From contig CAVZZA010000003.1 in assembly GCA_963779615.1 (NCBI GenBank), positions 192,001 to 256,000 on the forward strand: a stretch of 64,000 nt of DNA, given 5' to 3'. Under the pieces are notes generated by a model. That model made no database searches. It was not told where the DNA came from and was given only the letters and a program-made list of their open reading frames with translations. Below, piece after piece: positions 44,927 to 57,190 of this stretch. This DNA is from an uncultured Nitrososphaeraceae archaeon (GTDB lineage Archaea > Thermoproteota > Nitrososphaeria > Nitrososphaerales > Nitrososphaeraceae). Position 1 is the stretch's first letter; every line of letters starts with the position of its first letter. Made by a program: the position numbers and the translations under genes.

Positions 44927-45877
44927 TCACCGTGGCAACAACGCCCTGTGCATGTCCCACAGTATCAGTGTGTATTCGGACAGAAATGGCGGCCCCCCGC
45001 CAAAGTTTCGGGGCTCGCCACCGCGTGCAAACTGACAAGATTCGTCTCTTACCTGAACTGGCGCAGAATCCAGCTTTACCGGCTTGCTTGCCTCCTTGAA
45101 AACAACAGTGCTCCTGCTGGCATAGTTGCAGTCACCTGTCCTTGTCAGCGGGAGGTTGATTTCATCTGCAACGGATTGCTTTTTGAGCACCAGCCTCTTG
45201 TCGCCCGTGTTGAGCCCAAACCAATCCTCAACTCCGGCACCAGTGGATGGGTTTATGAAATCTACACGCATCCACTGCCAGCCACTTGTTGGGGTGCCAT
45301 CCCTGCGCTGAAGGTCCGGCAGGGTTATCAGTTTGCTTGCGTCTGCCAACTCGGGTATCGGGACATCCCTTAGCCTGAGCGTGGTCTGTTCACTGGTGTA
45401 CACCATTGATATTTGTGTCAGGATGTTTTTGACCTCCAGGAGTGGGTACCTTGCCGGTGGTGGCTGCTCTCTGAACAGATCGTAATGATCTTTGTCCTGC
45501 ACCATGACTGGCAGGTCAAACTCCCCATCCAGCCCCGCAATTCTGATTTTTCCTGGTTGCTCTTTTCTCTTGGATGAGTCATCTCCCACCCCATCAGGCC
45601 CGTATCCAAATGCAGACAGGAATTGAGGCGCCACGTCTGTGGTCGTTGCCCCAGTGTCAAAATTGTATTTTACTGGCTGACTCCACGTTCCATCTGGCAG
45701 CTTCAATTGTATCGTCAATACTGTCCTGGTTTCTGAACTTGTGAGATCATAAACAAGAGTACTCTTACCTGGAGGGGGATGTTTAAAAAAAGTAATTACT
45801 AAGATAGATGATAATGCAAGTACAACCAGAAAAATTATAGAAATAGTACTTTTTTTAAATGGCTGATGATATATCAA
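44927..45877 (-). CDS. Membrane-anchored bilobed retropepsin/aspartic-protease-like protein
   Basis: Signal anchor; FDTGATTT in lobe 1; LNTGD and GGPPFLSEY in lobe 2. Confidence 0.6.
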   Translation of the reverse strand: MIYHQPFKKSTISIIFLVVLALSSILVITFFKHPPPGKSTLVYDLTSSETRTVLTIQLKLPDGTWSQPVKYNFDTGATTTDVAPQFLSAFGYGPDGVGDDSSKRKEQPGKIRIAGLDGEFDLPVMVQDKDHYDLFREQPPPARYPLLEVKNILTQISMVYTSEQTTLRLRDVPIPELADASKLITLPDLQRRDGTPTSGWQWMRVDFINPSTGAGVEDWFGLNTGDKRLVLKKQSVADEINLPLTRTGDCNYASRSTVVFKEASKPVKLDSAPVQVRDESCQFARGGEPRNFGGGPPFLSEYTLILWDMHRALLPR

Positions 45878-46280
45878 ATTATAGATTCCCCAACTACGTT
45901 GACTCTACCACGATATGAAGACAAAGAAACACACATAGTGGTAAATTAAATCACTTGTATATTAGAGCTGAGGCGCAGTTGCCCAATTAATAAATTTTGC
46001 AATATTGTTTAACACCCCTATAGCGCATATTACAATGAACATAGGGTTACCTCCATCAAGGAGACAGAAATACATGATGCAGAAAAACAAATTGGATAAA
46101 TCTACGAGTCATCACTAATGAAAAAAGAATCATTAATGAAAAAAGTGCTGAATAAGATATTTACCAGTATAAAACTATAATCATGCCTTTTTCAGATAAT
46201 TTTAAAGATAACAATATTAAAGAATACATAAAAAGGAACAAGAAAAATTAATGGAATAGTAAACCCATAGCCAATAAACA

Positions 46281-46799
46281 TTATGATGTACCTATTTTAT
46301 TTTTACTCATCAACTTTCTGGCCATAAACACATCAGCTCTATAATCATCGTTATAGCGAGGTATATTTGTAAAACCATTCTTTAAGTACAGTTTTATGGC
46401 TGCTTGCAAATCCTTTGAACTATATAAATAGATGTTTGTATAACCTGACTTTTTTGCATAGTCAAGCACAACATCAAGCATCATCTGCCCAATCCCTAAT
46501 CCCCTATACCGCTTCAATACGAACATTCTCTTTAGTTCGCAGGTAGAAACAATTTGCCTTAGATTTCTTATTGCCACTGTACCAACTATTTGGTTATTAT
46601 CATTTTCAACTTTTTCTACAACCCAAAAGTATCCACCATTATCTTTACTATAATGCTGATTTATATGTAGTAAATCTGAATCAAGCCCATCTAATTTAAG
46701 TTGAATGTTAAATTCATTGACAACTATGTCTGCTATAAGGTTTACAACAGTTTCTAGATTGTTATCCAACAGTTCTCTCACCCTAAAGGATTGTGGCAA
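46281..46799 (-). CDS. GNAT acetyltransferase
   Basis: ELKRMFVLKRYRGLGIG and AIKLYLKNGF. Confidence 0.88.
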   Translation of the reverse strand: MPQSFRVRELLDNNLETVVNLIADIVVNEFNIQLKLDGLDSDLLHINQHYSKDNGGYFWVVEKVENDNNQIVGTVAIRNLRQIVSTCELKRMFVLKRYRGLGIGQMMLDVVLDYAKKSGYTNIYLYSSKDLQAAIKLYLKNGFTNIPRYNDDYRADVFMARKLMSKNKIGTS

Positions 46800-46908
46800 G
46801 CATACTTCTCCTTAGTTAGTTATTTACCTAAGTTGTTTATTAAAAATAGGATAAATAAGTAACATACCTTTCTCTAGTATTTAATAACCAAATTACTACA
46901 TTAGCGCC

Positions 46909-47770
46909 ATGTCTTTTCTTTGCTTTCATATTACAGGTTATCCAAAAATTACTGCTATTCAAGTCATTCACCGGCTTAACAGTGCAAGAGTTCGACGATA
47001 TTTTCATTAAAGAGAAAGTAAAAAAAACGGCAAGCATGAGATACAGCGTTCGGAATACAAAAGAAAGAAAATAGAGAAAGAAGTTGTGGTACAGGCAGAC
47101 CTTTTAAATTCGATATAGAAACATCTTTTTAATGCTGCTTGCGTATTACCGTTTGTAAATAACCTACACTCTGGCTGGTTTTTTGTTTAATTTGGAACAG
47201 ACCAACATTTGCATGGACATACAAAAGATTGAAGGTTTGATAAAACAATGCATTTCTATACCTAAAAAACCACCATATAACTAAGGGTTGAAAACCACTG
47301 AAGAAGTGAAAAAGTATTTTCCAGGCTTTCTATCTTTCGCATATTCCACAGAACAGCTGATACCAAGACCTGTAGACAAAAAAGAAAAAGAAGGTGTTCC
47401 ATTTAGGGAGGAAGAAAAGGATACTGCAAAGACACAGATTATGGTTAACAAATTAGGTTTCAACATTCACAAAACAATCCTTAAGAAAGGATAGACATGA
47501 TGACTATTATATATACAAGAAGAATCATCATCCAACTCCCAAACAAGTTGTCAATGTGTTTGATCTAGGTGTGGAGAAACACTACGCAAGGCAAATATCA
47601 TTGTTACCACATAAATAGAAGAAAGATCAAGAGTCATCTGCAGGAGAAAAGGAATGCAAAAAAAGCCACTCTAAAAAGAGAATAACGATAGAGTACACCA
47701 TTAGTAGATTGAAAAATAAAAGGATACTTGCAGAAGTGTTTAGAAACAAATCGAAAAATATTGGTTTTTT
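46909..47770 (+). mobile_element. Degraded IS transposase, same family as 25655-26320
   Basis: LLLFKSFTGLTVQEFDDI, ITYTLAGFLFNLEQTNIC and EEVKKYFPGF..EQLIPRPVDK, with many lesions. Confidence 0.85.
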
Positions 47771-47977
47771 AGCTGTGTTACACTATTTGCCTTCTTTATA
47801 AACTAATCTGACCATTTGTTTCCAAATTAGATATCTTTATTTCATTTATGCCTTAATAATGAAAATCGCGCTGACATAAAAAATATGTTTAAAATATAGT
47901 AACAAAAGTAAATCCAGTCAACAGTATGGTTACTATAATAGTATTGAATCGAGAGTCGCATAACCAATTCAACATTA

Positions 47978-48418
47978 TCAAATTCTATAACGTCTTTCTG
48001 ATTCTTCAATAGGATAATCATTAGCACTCATATCGCGAATACGCATCAAACCATCATTATTAAATTCCCAATGCTCATTACCATGAGTTCGCATCCATTG
48101 GTTAGGGGTATCTGCATCTCTCCATTCATACTCAAACCGCACTGAGATACGATTGCCTGTATAACACCAAAGATTTTTCATCAGGCGATAATCAAGCTCT
48201 TTGGTCCATTTACGTTTAAGAAACGCCATAATTTCTTCCCTTCCTTCAAAAAACTCAATACGATTACGCCATTGAGAATCTATCGCATACGCTTGTGCTA
48301 CAAATTCGGGGTTACGAGTATTCCAGGCATCTTGAGCAGATTTAACTTTCGCTCTGGCTGTTTCTTCAGTGAATGGCGGTTTTATGTCGGTAGGTCTTGC
48401 CATTGTGACTTGTACCAT
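47978..48418 (-). CDS. NTF2-like DUF1348 family protein
   Basis: PPFTEETARAKVKSAQDAWNTRNP, WRNR and GNEHWEF. Confidence 0.92.
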   Translation of the reverse strand: MVQVTMARPTDIKPPFTEETARAKVKSAQDAWNTRNPEFVAQAYAIDSQWRNRIEFFEGREEIMAFLKRKWTKELDYRLMKNLWCYTGNRISVRFEYEWRDADTPNQWMRTHGNEHWEFNNDGLMRIRDMSANDYPIEESERRYRI

Positions 48419-48539
48419 ACTGGTGGTTTAAAAATACTTGTAAAAAATCTGACTGAATAATCAATCTTTTTATTGGATCAGACGTCTCAGATTACCTAAA
48501 AACTCCTGACGATGGCCTCTTGGAATTGCTACCTCAGCA

Positions 48540-48950
48540 TCCCATTGAATCTCATTCCGGGTATGAGGAATATCTGCAACCTCTTTAATATTTTTCAAGT
48601 CTGGCAGGCGAGATCACCAATACTTTTCCACCATTGGGGCCTGATTGATAATTATGCAGAATATTCCTTGGAATGAAAACAAAGTCACTTGTCTGATCAA
48701 GATATGTGTTAATGCCGCACCTTGTAGAATGCTCTCCATCAAATACATAACATGCTTCTGATGCTATAGAATGTGTATATAAACTAGTAACAGTATTTGG
48801 AGGATGTATCATCTATAGGGTGTATCTATGCTCTCAATCCAATCCGGAGACCTCGAAGGTCATTTTTGTATTACGGAAATTAATCTGAGATCCTTCGCCT
48901 TTCTTACACGCAAATCCATCATTGGATAAATCAAAAAAGAAACTATCCAT
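48540..48950 (-). pseudogene. Cupin domain relic
   Basis: HPP..H..EACYVFDGE..DFVFIPRNILH, with in-frame stops. Confidence 0.65.
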
Positions 48951-49284
48951 ATTTTCATTAATAAATTACAGTTTCTTTGCGTGGTATTTTAAATGAAATT
49001 CCAATCAAATAAAATATACTAAAGTTTAGTTTAGCGAAATGACGATTATCTAAAAACATGTTGTAAGTCATTTAGATGTGGAAAGAATAATTGCAATGGT
49101 GGTATATTGTATTATCAATCATAAAGACAATAACATGCCTTCTATTGGCTACGTGCAAAGGAAGTTTGAACATATACAATTGTTTATTACATGGTTCTGG
49201 AGTTTTGACAATCATTATCCTTTTTTTCTTCTCCATTTCATTGACACAAAGTTTTTGAGACAATCATTTTTTAGTTCCAACATT

Positions 49285-49677
49285 ATGGAAAGGAATAATT
49301 ATTTATCCGGTTCACCATGGGAGTCAATAGTTGGTTATTCAAGGCTTGTCAAATACGGACCATATGTATTCATTTCTGGTACAACATCCATTGATGAAAA
49401 TGGAAAAGTTGTAGGGGTGAGAGATCCGTATGTACAAACCAAACAAATCATTCAGACTATTGAAAAATCATTGAGGATAATTAATGCAAATTTAACCGAT
49501 ATAGTCAGAACAAGAATCTTTGTAACCAATATCGATGATTGGAAAATAATAGGCAAAGCATATGCAGAATTTTTCAAAGATATACAGCCTGCAGCAACTA
49601 TGGTGGAAGTAAAACGGCTAATCCAGCCAGACCTGCTTGTAGAAATCGAAGCAGACGCGATAACAAATTCCCCTTAA
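49285..49677 (+). CDS. Rid (YjgF/YER057c/UK114) family protein
   Basis: SGSPWESIVGYSR, ISGT and LVEIEADA. Start moved to ATG 49285. Confidence 0.9.
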   Translation: MERNNYLSGSPWESIVGYSRLVKYGPYVFISGTTSIDENGKVVGVRDPYVQTKQIIQTIEKSLRIINANLTDIVRTRIFVTNIDDWKIIGKAYAEFFKDIQPAATMVEVKRLIQPDLLVEIEADAITNSP

Positions 49678-50080
49678 TCTTGCTTGCGTATACTTTGATT
49701 AGAAGAGCAACTCGGTACGTTCAAAATTCAGAAACATGTGAGAAAATATGTCAAAGTGGTCGCAATTCAAGATGCACTGCAGTTTACAATAATATCCATA
49801 ATGGCAGAGTTTGCACCAGGTTTTTCGCCCCATTCAGCAAAAAAAAACAATTGGTTTGTTTTCAAGACGATTGAATGTTATTCAAAAGCCATTTTTGGCG
49901 ATGTTTTGTCACTATTTAAGGTAATAATTAAATTATTAGACAAAATCATACCAAATATTCATCTCAACATATGCAGTATTAATGTTACTCATATCTTTTT
50001 AGGTTAATGTTTTCCAATATAATAGCAGGTATTAACAAGCAAACTCCTATTATACCAACAAATGTATCTAAATACCAACT

Positions 50081-50290
50081 ATGAACAACACCAAAAAAAT
50101 TTTATTGATTACAGCCATAGCGTCGTTATTAATAATGGGAACAAGCATAATTCCGATTCAGTCATATGCAGACATGGATGACAAAAATATAAAAAAAAAT
50201 AGTGATCTTGATTCAAAAATAAATGCAAACTCAGGGACAGAAGAAAATTGGGCAAACCAGCAAATGGACCAAGACAATTTCTGTTGTTAA
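50081..50290 (+). pseudogene. Truncated secreted protein, paralog of 58269-58628
   Basis: Signal peptide ..IPIQSYA; stops right after QQMDQDNFC, where the paralog continues. Confidence 0.6.
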
Positions 50291-51037
50291 TAGCAAACTC
50301 GAATGACAACACGGTCCCTGCGGCATGGTTTTTTACAACAACATATTCAGGCGTATGACGGGTACAATCTGTAATGCAGGTCAAGTATCCATGCGTGACA
50401 TAGCCAACCTAATAGAAGATAGATGCCCAGAAAATTTTTAAAACAATCAGTATCCTCAATAGGCAAATCCATAAATCCGCAACCTTTCATAAACCATTGG
50501 TTTAGCCTCATCATATATAAACAACATTTGGTGTAACGCCTTTTTCTAGTTTTTAGACATGATTAGTCTCATGGCGAGGTAAGGCGGTAACCTTAGCATT
50601 TGTCAAGGGCTTTTCACTGAACAAAGGTTATTCCTGGGATGTTTTATAGCTCCACTGACCTAAAGGAGATTTGTAATGTATTATTCATATTATTTTATGT
50701 TGATTCCCTGTTGTAGGGAAGGATTGAAACCGTTGACTTACGCTCATCATTAACCCACATACTTCTGCTGCGCGTCCCATCTGATATACCCATACATCAA
50801 AAATTACTACTAACAGGCGACGAAATTTTAATGGTATCTGTCTTCTAGCAATTTCCTTTACTATTTACAATAAAATCAAGTTGTAATGACAAATGCCTAT
50901 TTCAAGTGTATTGGTAAAAATAGTTTTTAGGACTGCATAAAATAATTACCCTTCATTGATTGATTCGTTATTCTACAAACCAAACCAGCAAAAATTTGTT
51001 GTGATATCTTTATATTTATTACTCCTAGACCTAGGAT

Positions 51038-51566
51038 ATGAGCAATAAATTCAAGGTAGCCCTTCTTATAGGAGTCCTTGTGGTAATGGGTGGTTCGATT
51101 TGCAGTGCATCTATGTCAACGGCAAGCGCACAGTCAAATTATACGATTAAAGTCGCAAAAGCCACAGAAGGAGACTTTACCGTTACCAATGGGGCAAGCT
51201 ATGTTGGTTCATCCTTTGACACAACATATACTATGACAGGCACAGCACCTGACTTTATCAAGGCTAGAGATGCGTTAACATCCTCAATACTTGACGATTT
51301 CGGCAAATCTCCCACCATTGGGTACGTAAAAATGAACAGTACCTGATACTCAGACAAACACAAATGTGACTGGACTTGCTAACCCATTTGTAAGCAAAGA
51401 ACAAATTGATGAAAAAGTAAAATCAGTGCTCTCCTATGCACTAGACAAGATTGAGCATCCAGTGGGAATCACGCCTAATGTGGGCGATTCAAGGGAGATC
51501 AAGTGTAAATTTGGCAGCGTCTTAGACGACTTTTGGTGTGACATTCCGACATTTGTAGCCAAGTAA
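51038..51566 (+). pseudogene. Secreted hypothetical protein, frameshifted
   Basis: Signal-peptide ORF 51038-51346 continues in another frame as PDTQTNTNVTGLANPF..CKFG..FWC. Confidence 0.65.
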
Positions 51567-52561
51567 GAACTACGAGCCACACACCTCAATTTTTTATTGC
51601 AGATCTAACAATTATTTTCTTCAGCTACTAGCAGTTGCCAAGGTTTCTCTAACCTATAGAGAGAATTGGACTTTTTTCGATAACAAATTCCTTGATTTGT
51701 AAATAATCAAGAAAAATTTGATCTCCTTGGATACTGCCTTTTCGATTCTGGGGGTCAGCGCATAAACAAACTTTTGATATGGAGAAAGATAAGCATTCTC
51801 ACAAGTCTGAGAAGGCGAAGAGAAGGCGAAGGGTATGGCGACAAGGCCTCAATTTATAACATGGTTTATCTCGGGCCTATGAAGGAGAAGAGATATCTTG
51901 TTGGCCAAGGGGGCTAATGCCGATATCGGCTCTATATGAGATTCTAATTTTATACAAGCTGTAGAGATTAAGTTTTCAATGAAAAAAAATGGAAAATCAA
52001 GCAACCAAAGAAAAACTTGTTTTCAATCTGGCATGGCTAAAGTAGGAGACACCCAATTACCATTATCACGTCTCATAAAATACAATTCTCTTTTTTATCA
52101 AGGTGTAAAAAAGTACAAGTTATTGTAGTATCCATTATTGCTGTTGAAGGTGTAATGGATTATTAAATTGGTAGATAAAGTTTTACTATATATTCATGCA
52201 TTCAATTGCAGTTCTAATATTATGCTCATTTTTTTGGGTTAACAAACCCCAAGATAATGCCTTGCTGCATAACTATGAAATTCGTCAATTTATGATAGAG
52301 CACATATCAGGATAATGCGAATATCGATTATTTCCCTTGAGGAAATAAAACCAGCACGTCTAAAAAACACAAAAATCTGAGTTACGCAACAAAGCACAAG
52401 ATAATATCACGCATTAACTAGCCTATTTTAATTATATCCATGAATGTATCTAAATTTCAACTATGAACAATATAAAAAATATCTTATTGATGACAGCCAT
52501 AAAAAAGCAAACCAAAATCTTAAATCGCAAATTGAGTATCGTTGTCAAAATTTCATAACCA

Positions 52562-52981
52562 CTAAATGAAAAAATGCATTCGCAAATGATTACTCAACTG
52601 AATTTCATCCTCAAACTCCATTCCGCAGTGACGGCAATGATGCATTCCGGCAGATTCCCCTTGATTTCTCCCTAGGATAATGAGTCCATTATTTACGGTT
52701 TCATCCTTGACAACAATATACTCACCAATTGCTCTTTTGATAAAGAGATCTTTTATTCGATGCTTGATTTTGTTTATTTGATTTTCATCCTCTTCCAACA
52801 TTATGCCCTTGACAGATTTTAGATTCCCCGGCGCACTGTTTTTTTCGTTGTCCTCTTCATGAATTAGTCTAAGGTAACCTTGTGAATTAACGTCATGTTG
52901 AAGGAACTCGGTTTCAATATCTTTTATAATTTCTGATTTAATGCTTTCATCAAGGGACTGTAAATCAATCTGTATGACCAA
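52562..52981 (-). CDS. Protein with a C-terminal C2H2 zinc finger
   Basis: HCRHCGMEFEDEIQLSNHLRMH. Confidence 0.8.
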   Translation of the reverse strand: MVIQIDLQSLDESIKSEIIKDIETEFLQHDVNSQGYLRLIHEEDNEKNSAPGNLKSVKGIMLEEDENQINKIKHRIKDLFIKRAIGEYIVVKDETVNNGLIILGRNQGESAGMHHCRHCGMEFEDEIQLSNHLRMHFFI

Positions 52982-53118
52982 TATCAGATATTTGCTTCCA
53001 AGGGTTTTAACTGTGTTGTTGAATATCCCCTGTAAAGATAATCCTATGTTTTACGTTTATCATTTGGCTTATGATTTTAACCACTGAAAGCATCGGCAAT
53101 CAAAATACATCCGTCCCA

Positions 53119-54162
53119 TCAATTGTGTTTGATGTCATTTTGCGTGGGTTTTTTCGGAACTTTTTTTTTCGTAACCATCAGAGCGACTCCAAGTAGGATA
53201 ATGACCATAGCTATGATTGTAGTAATTGTCAAATTTTCATGCAGAATAGCCCATCCCAATAATACCGCAATGACTGGGCTAACATATGCAAAGGTGTTTG
53301 CCAATGATGCGGATGTAACTCGAAGCAACCAGTAAAAGTCGGTAAATCCCACAATGGTGATAATAACTATCAGATAGATTTGCGCTATTAAAGACTGCAG
53401 TGAAATTTGCATTAAATCCAAATTGCGATATTCCCCAAATGCAAAACTAACAGCAGTCAACATTAACCCTCCAGAAATCATGATCATCCCTGACGACGCA
53501 AGGATACTGACAGGAAGCTTAGCCCTGGTGGAATATAGTGAGCCAATGGCCCATGAAATTGAACTTATTATTAGGGCCAATGTTCCAATGGGGCTCAGAT
53601 CTCCAGACCCAATAGATGGAGCAACAAGCAACATAAGGCCGCCAAATCCCGCAGCTAATCCGATAATCGTTGCTTTTGTCATGGATGGACCAATTGCCCC
53701 TTTTTTTATCCATCTATAGACAGCATATCCAATAATTGCAACCCATAACGGGATAGTGGAATTTAGCAGGCCAGTCATACCCGAGGAAAGATATTGTGCG
53801 CCCCAAGTTAGCAATCCTTGACCACCAAGAAACAAGGTAACCCCTAAAATCAGGCTATCTCCCCATTGCCTGAATGTTATATGTTCTTTAGTAGGCTTTT
53901 CAGAATCCAGAACTTGATCTTGCGCCCCTTGTGAGTGTTTTTGATTGTTACTGGTACTGCTATTGTTTTTGAATATAGTTTTGTTAACCTGAAGAAAATA
54001 AAATGTAAAGAGTATCGCCCCTGCAAATGAAAACCTTATGCCCGCGCTCAACAGAGGAGGTATCGTGTCGATGGCAACTTTGATTGCAAGAAAACTCGAG
54101 CCGTTGATAACCCATAGTGCAACCAAGATAAGCCAAATTTTAGATTGATGATTTAAGTTCAT
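53119..54162 (-). CDS. EamA/DMT family transporter
   Basis: WVINGSSFLAIK, PPLLSAGIRF and AYVSPVIAVLLG; 10 TM helices. Start moved to ATG 54162. Confidence 0.9.
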   Translation of the reverse strand: MNLNHQSKIWLILVALWVINGSSFLAIKVAIDTIPPLLSAGIRFSFAGAILFTFYFLQVNKTIFKNNSSTSNNQKHSQGAQDQVLDSEKPTKEHITFRQWGDSLILGVTLFLGGQGLLTWGAQYLSSGMTGLLNSTIPLWVAIIGYAVYRWIKKGAIGPSMTKATIIGLAAGFGGLMLLVAPSIGSGDLSPIGTLALIISSISWAIGSLYSTRAKLPVSILASSGMIMISGGLMLTAVSFAFGEYRNLDLMQISLQSLIAQIYLIVIITIVGFTDFYWLLRVTSASLANTFAYVSPVIAVLLGWAILHENLTITTIIAMVIILLGVALMVTKKKVPKKPTQNDIKHN

Positions 54163-55621
54163 TATATGGATAAACTTGCAATAAATATCATTTAATAATA
54201 ATGTTTTTTGTAATAGCCTTGTTGTGATTTTGGTATCAAATTTATCATGATTGTGCGGCTTTGATTTTTCACTCGGATGCCATAGCCATTTGTATTGGCA
54301 CCTGAAACTTTCCTGTTGTTTTGTCATGGTGATGAGGTTGGGTGTCATTTTGTTTCGCAGTTGCATTCTTTTCCATTTTGGTTTTGCCCTAATACATCGA
54401 TTACACGATTAGAATGACCTTGGGGATTTTTGTGACTGGACCGTGGACACCAACACCAAATTTGACTAAAATTCATAGCCCTTGGCCGGTATGCACATGG
54501 CAATACCAAATAGAAGACGCACATATGATATCTTGTCTTTTTATTCTGCAACCTGTCTTATTGACATTTTCGTAAGAATTCAACTATCTTTTTAACATAT
54601 AATTGATTTCTGTTGTCGTGGCAAACCTATGATACTTTTTTTAATCCTACTGCCAAATAACTGGATAAACAGCGAGTTTAATCTTTATGAAAGTTATCAC
54701 ATAAAGAGTCGAGAATCATTAAACAAATAGTATTGCAAGATGACATTATTATATTCCATTAAATTTTATATTTATCCGACTATTCCACAGCTATATTAGC
54801 GACAATCCATAGTGTCGGATAGTAATAACGAAAATCAGCTGATCAAAAGTGGAATTGACAGTCAACAAAAAGGGAACACAAAACCAAGTGGAAGAGAGGT
54901 AAAGGCAGGCTGGTAAAGCAATGCCGCCCTGTTACTATTTCTAATTAAGAGAGGCATTTGTAATGGCAGGGGAAGAACACTAAAAACCTTTAAGCATTTA
55001 TTGATATCCTGTATGATATTCAAAACAAGAACTCAATCCCTTTTAACTATCATAAATATCTCTTTCATTACAGGTCTCGTCTAGCACTAGAAAATAGAAT
55101 ATCTTCAAAACACAAATAATCAGAAAAAAATAGGTTGAAAATGGCAAAACGGATAATCCAGTAATCCGATAATAAACTCAAATTAGCGAAGCATCAATTT
55201 TAATGCGTACTGAAGCATTTAACTGGTAAAACCATTGTGTCGATTAAAAATAATGTCGTAAAGTTATACAAAATAATTGAATAACATCCATCTTGTTGGT
55301 TTTGGAAGATGACTCCATAATTTCTATTTATCCTCTACTTTTTTATAATTTGACATGTATATATTTTATTTCTTAATTAAGAACGCAATTTGCAAAATTC
55401 ATTGTGCCAAAAGGATTGTCTTTTATTGTGAGATGGCCTTCACGGTTTATTGTTGGATTAAAGGTAAAAGACATGGATTTGGATAGATTTTTCATACCTG
55501 TGTTTGGATTCATTCTTCCGACAGCCGGTAATGACCGTTTACTTATGATAAAAGAAGCGAAAAATATTGAGGAAAAACTATTGCGGTTTAGTAAACGTAT
55601 TTTTCTCAATCGCGTTCATAA

Positions 55622-55744
55622 CTATTGCCAACAAGACCCCTCTCTTCGGAATTTGGAGTAATGTTTATGATCCAAAAAATCCTTTTCATTGCCGAATGTC
55701 ATGTCACATACCTCACATCTGTAAGAATTACCACCAGAAACCAT
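55622..55744 (-). CDS. 40-aa zinc-finger microprotein (not in the ORF track)
   Basis: MVSGGNSYRCEVCDMTFGNEKDFLDHKHYSKFRREGSCWQ, ATG to TAG; C-x2-C-x3-F-x5-F-x2-H spacing. Confidence 0.65.
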   Translation of the reverse strand: MVSGGNSYRCEVCDMTFGNEKDFLDHKHYSKFRREGSCWQ

Positions 55745-55806
55745 TTCGGAAAATAATCTCAAAGGTATTATTTAACGGTTGAATAAATCGAAAGACATTT
55801 GCCAAG

Positions 55807-56379
55807 TCAATAGGGAGTGCCTTGAGCCCTTTGATTTGCTAATGCTTTTATGTACCATTCAAACTCATCAAGAAATTTATTAACTCTTTTATCATAGGAT
55901 TCATCAATTAGAATTCCATTTTCATCAATAACTTTATGCACTCTTGGTATTGGTAATGATGAAGGTATTGATGGTGCACCCAGCTCTGCGAATATCAATC
56001 TAAGCTGCTGTGCAGCATTTATTCCACCAAACATACCTGGAGAATAGGAAACAATTGCAGAAGGTTTGAAATAATACTCTTCTAAAAAGTAGTCTAAGGT
56101 ATTTTTCAATGCACTTGATGTATTGCGGTTATACTCCGGTGTTACAGGGACATACCCTTCAGCATCCTTGATTTTATTTCCTAAATCCCTTAATTTTTCA
56201 GAAGGGTTATCCATCTCTTTATACATTCTATCGAGTAGTGGCAAGTCTAGTTCCATTGGATCTATAAAGAAAACGCGGTGATTCCTTGCCTTTAGTTTTC
56301 TTTCAATCCACCTAGCTACTCTAACACCAATCCTGTCTCTTCTAACGGAGCCAACAAAAACTGCAATAATTGCCAACAT
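55807..56379 (-). CDS. NADPH-dependent FMN reductase
   Basis: FVGSVRRDR, TPEYN, LKNTLD and SYSPGMFGG. Confidence 0.9.
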   Translation of the reverse strand: MLAIIAVFVGSVRRDRIGVRVARWIERKLKARNHRVFFIDPMELDLPLLDRMYKEMDNPSEKLRDLGNKIKDAEGYVPVTPEYNRNTSSALKNTLDYFLEEYYFKPSAIVSYSPGMFGGINAAQQLRLIFAELGAPSIPSSLPIPRVHKVIDENGILIDESYDKRVNKFLDEFEWYIKALANQRAQGTPY

Positions 56380-57190
56380 GATCAAATGAACACATTATTA
56401 TTAAAGTACTTGTTATTTAGAAGGAAAACAACTGATACACCATTAAACAGTTTACATATTCTCTAGAAATTAAATTCAATAAAATAAAAATTTATGATGG
56501 AAAAAAATTGGTTTAAGGAATCAAAAACAGATTTTTTGATTCCACACCTCAAGTCCATTTCTGATGAAAAATTCCTAACTAATTTTGTGTTCATGATCCT
56601 AATGGCATAAAAATACAACTTTTGCCATGAAAATACTAAACTCAGTAACAGATGCAAAAGGAGGAGGTTTGCAATTTCTGAAATTTACTGCAAATTTTTG
56701 AACTCATTGGTGTTTGTAACTTAGACATTCATGTCAAAGATTTCGTTCTGGGGCACAGGTTTTGAAGCATTAGAAACAACACTGTAACGGTTCATTTTAC
56801 TGATGGCTGTGGAAACATTTCCAAACAATTTGATTTATTTTGGTATTCAGTAAAACAAGTATTGCAAATTGATTGCTTGTAAGGTATGCCGTACTTCATT
56901 AGGTCTTCAAAATAATAATCATCACGAAGTTTTTAGCCATTTCCAAATACTCCCTTAAGAAAATTTGTTGTTAGGATTACATTCTGCATTTGATAAATGT
57001 ATCAGCCTGTTAATAATACTCGTTTTAATTTTGGAGGATTGCCCACGCTTAATGGAATTACTTGAAATCAAACTGAAATGGATTTTTTTTGAACATCAGT
57101 AAATTCACCGATCTTGGAGTTACTATGCTGTTGTCATTTAAATCTCAATGCGATACAAAAATATTCAACTGTATAACCCCATAAAAACAT

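Noticed and set aside
51809-51830. GAGAAGGCGAA x2 tandem duplication
   Set aside because: Two copies only, in non-coding DNA; most likely slippage.
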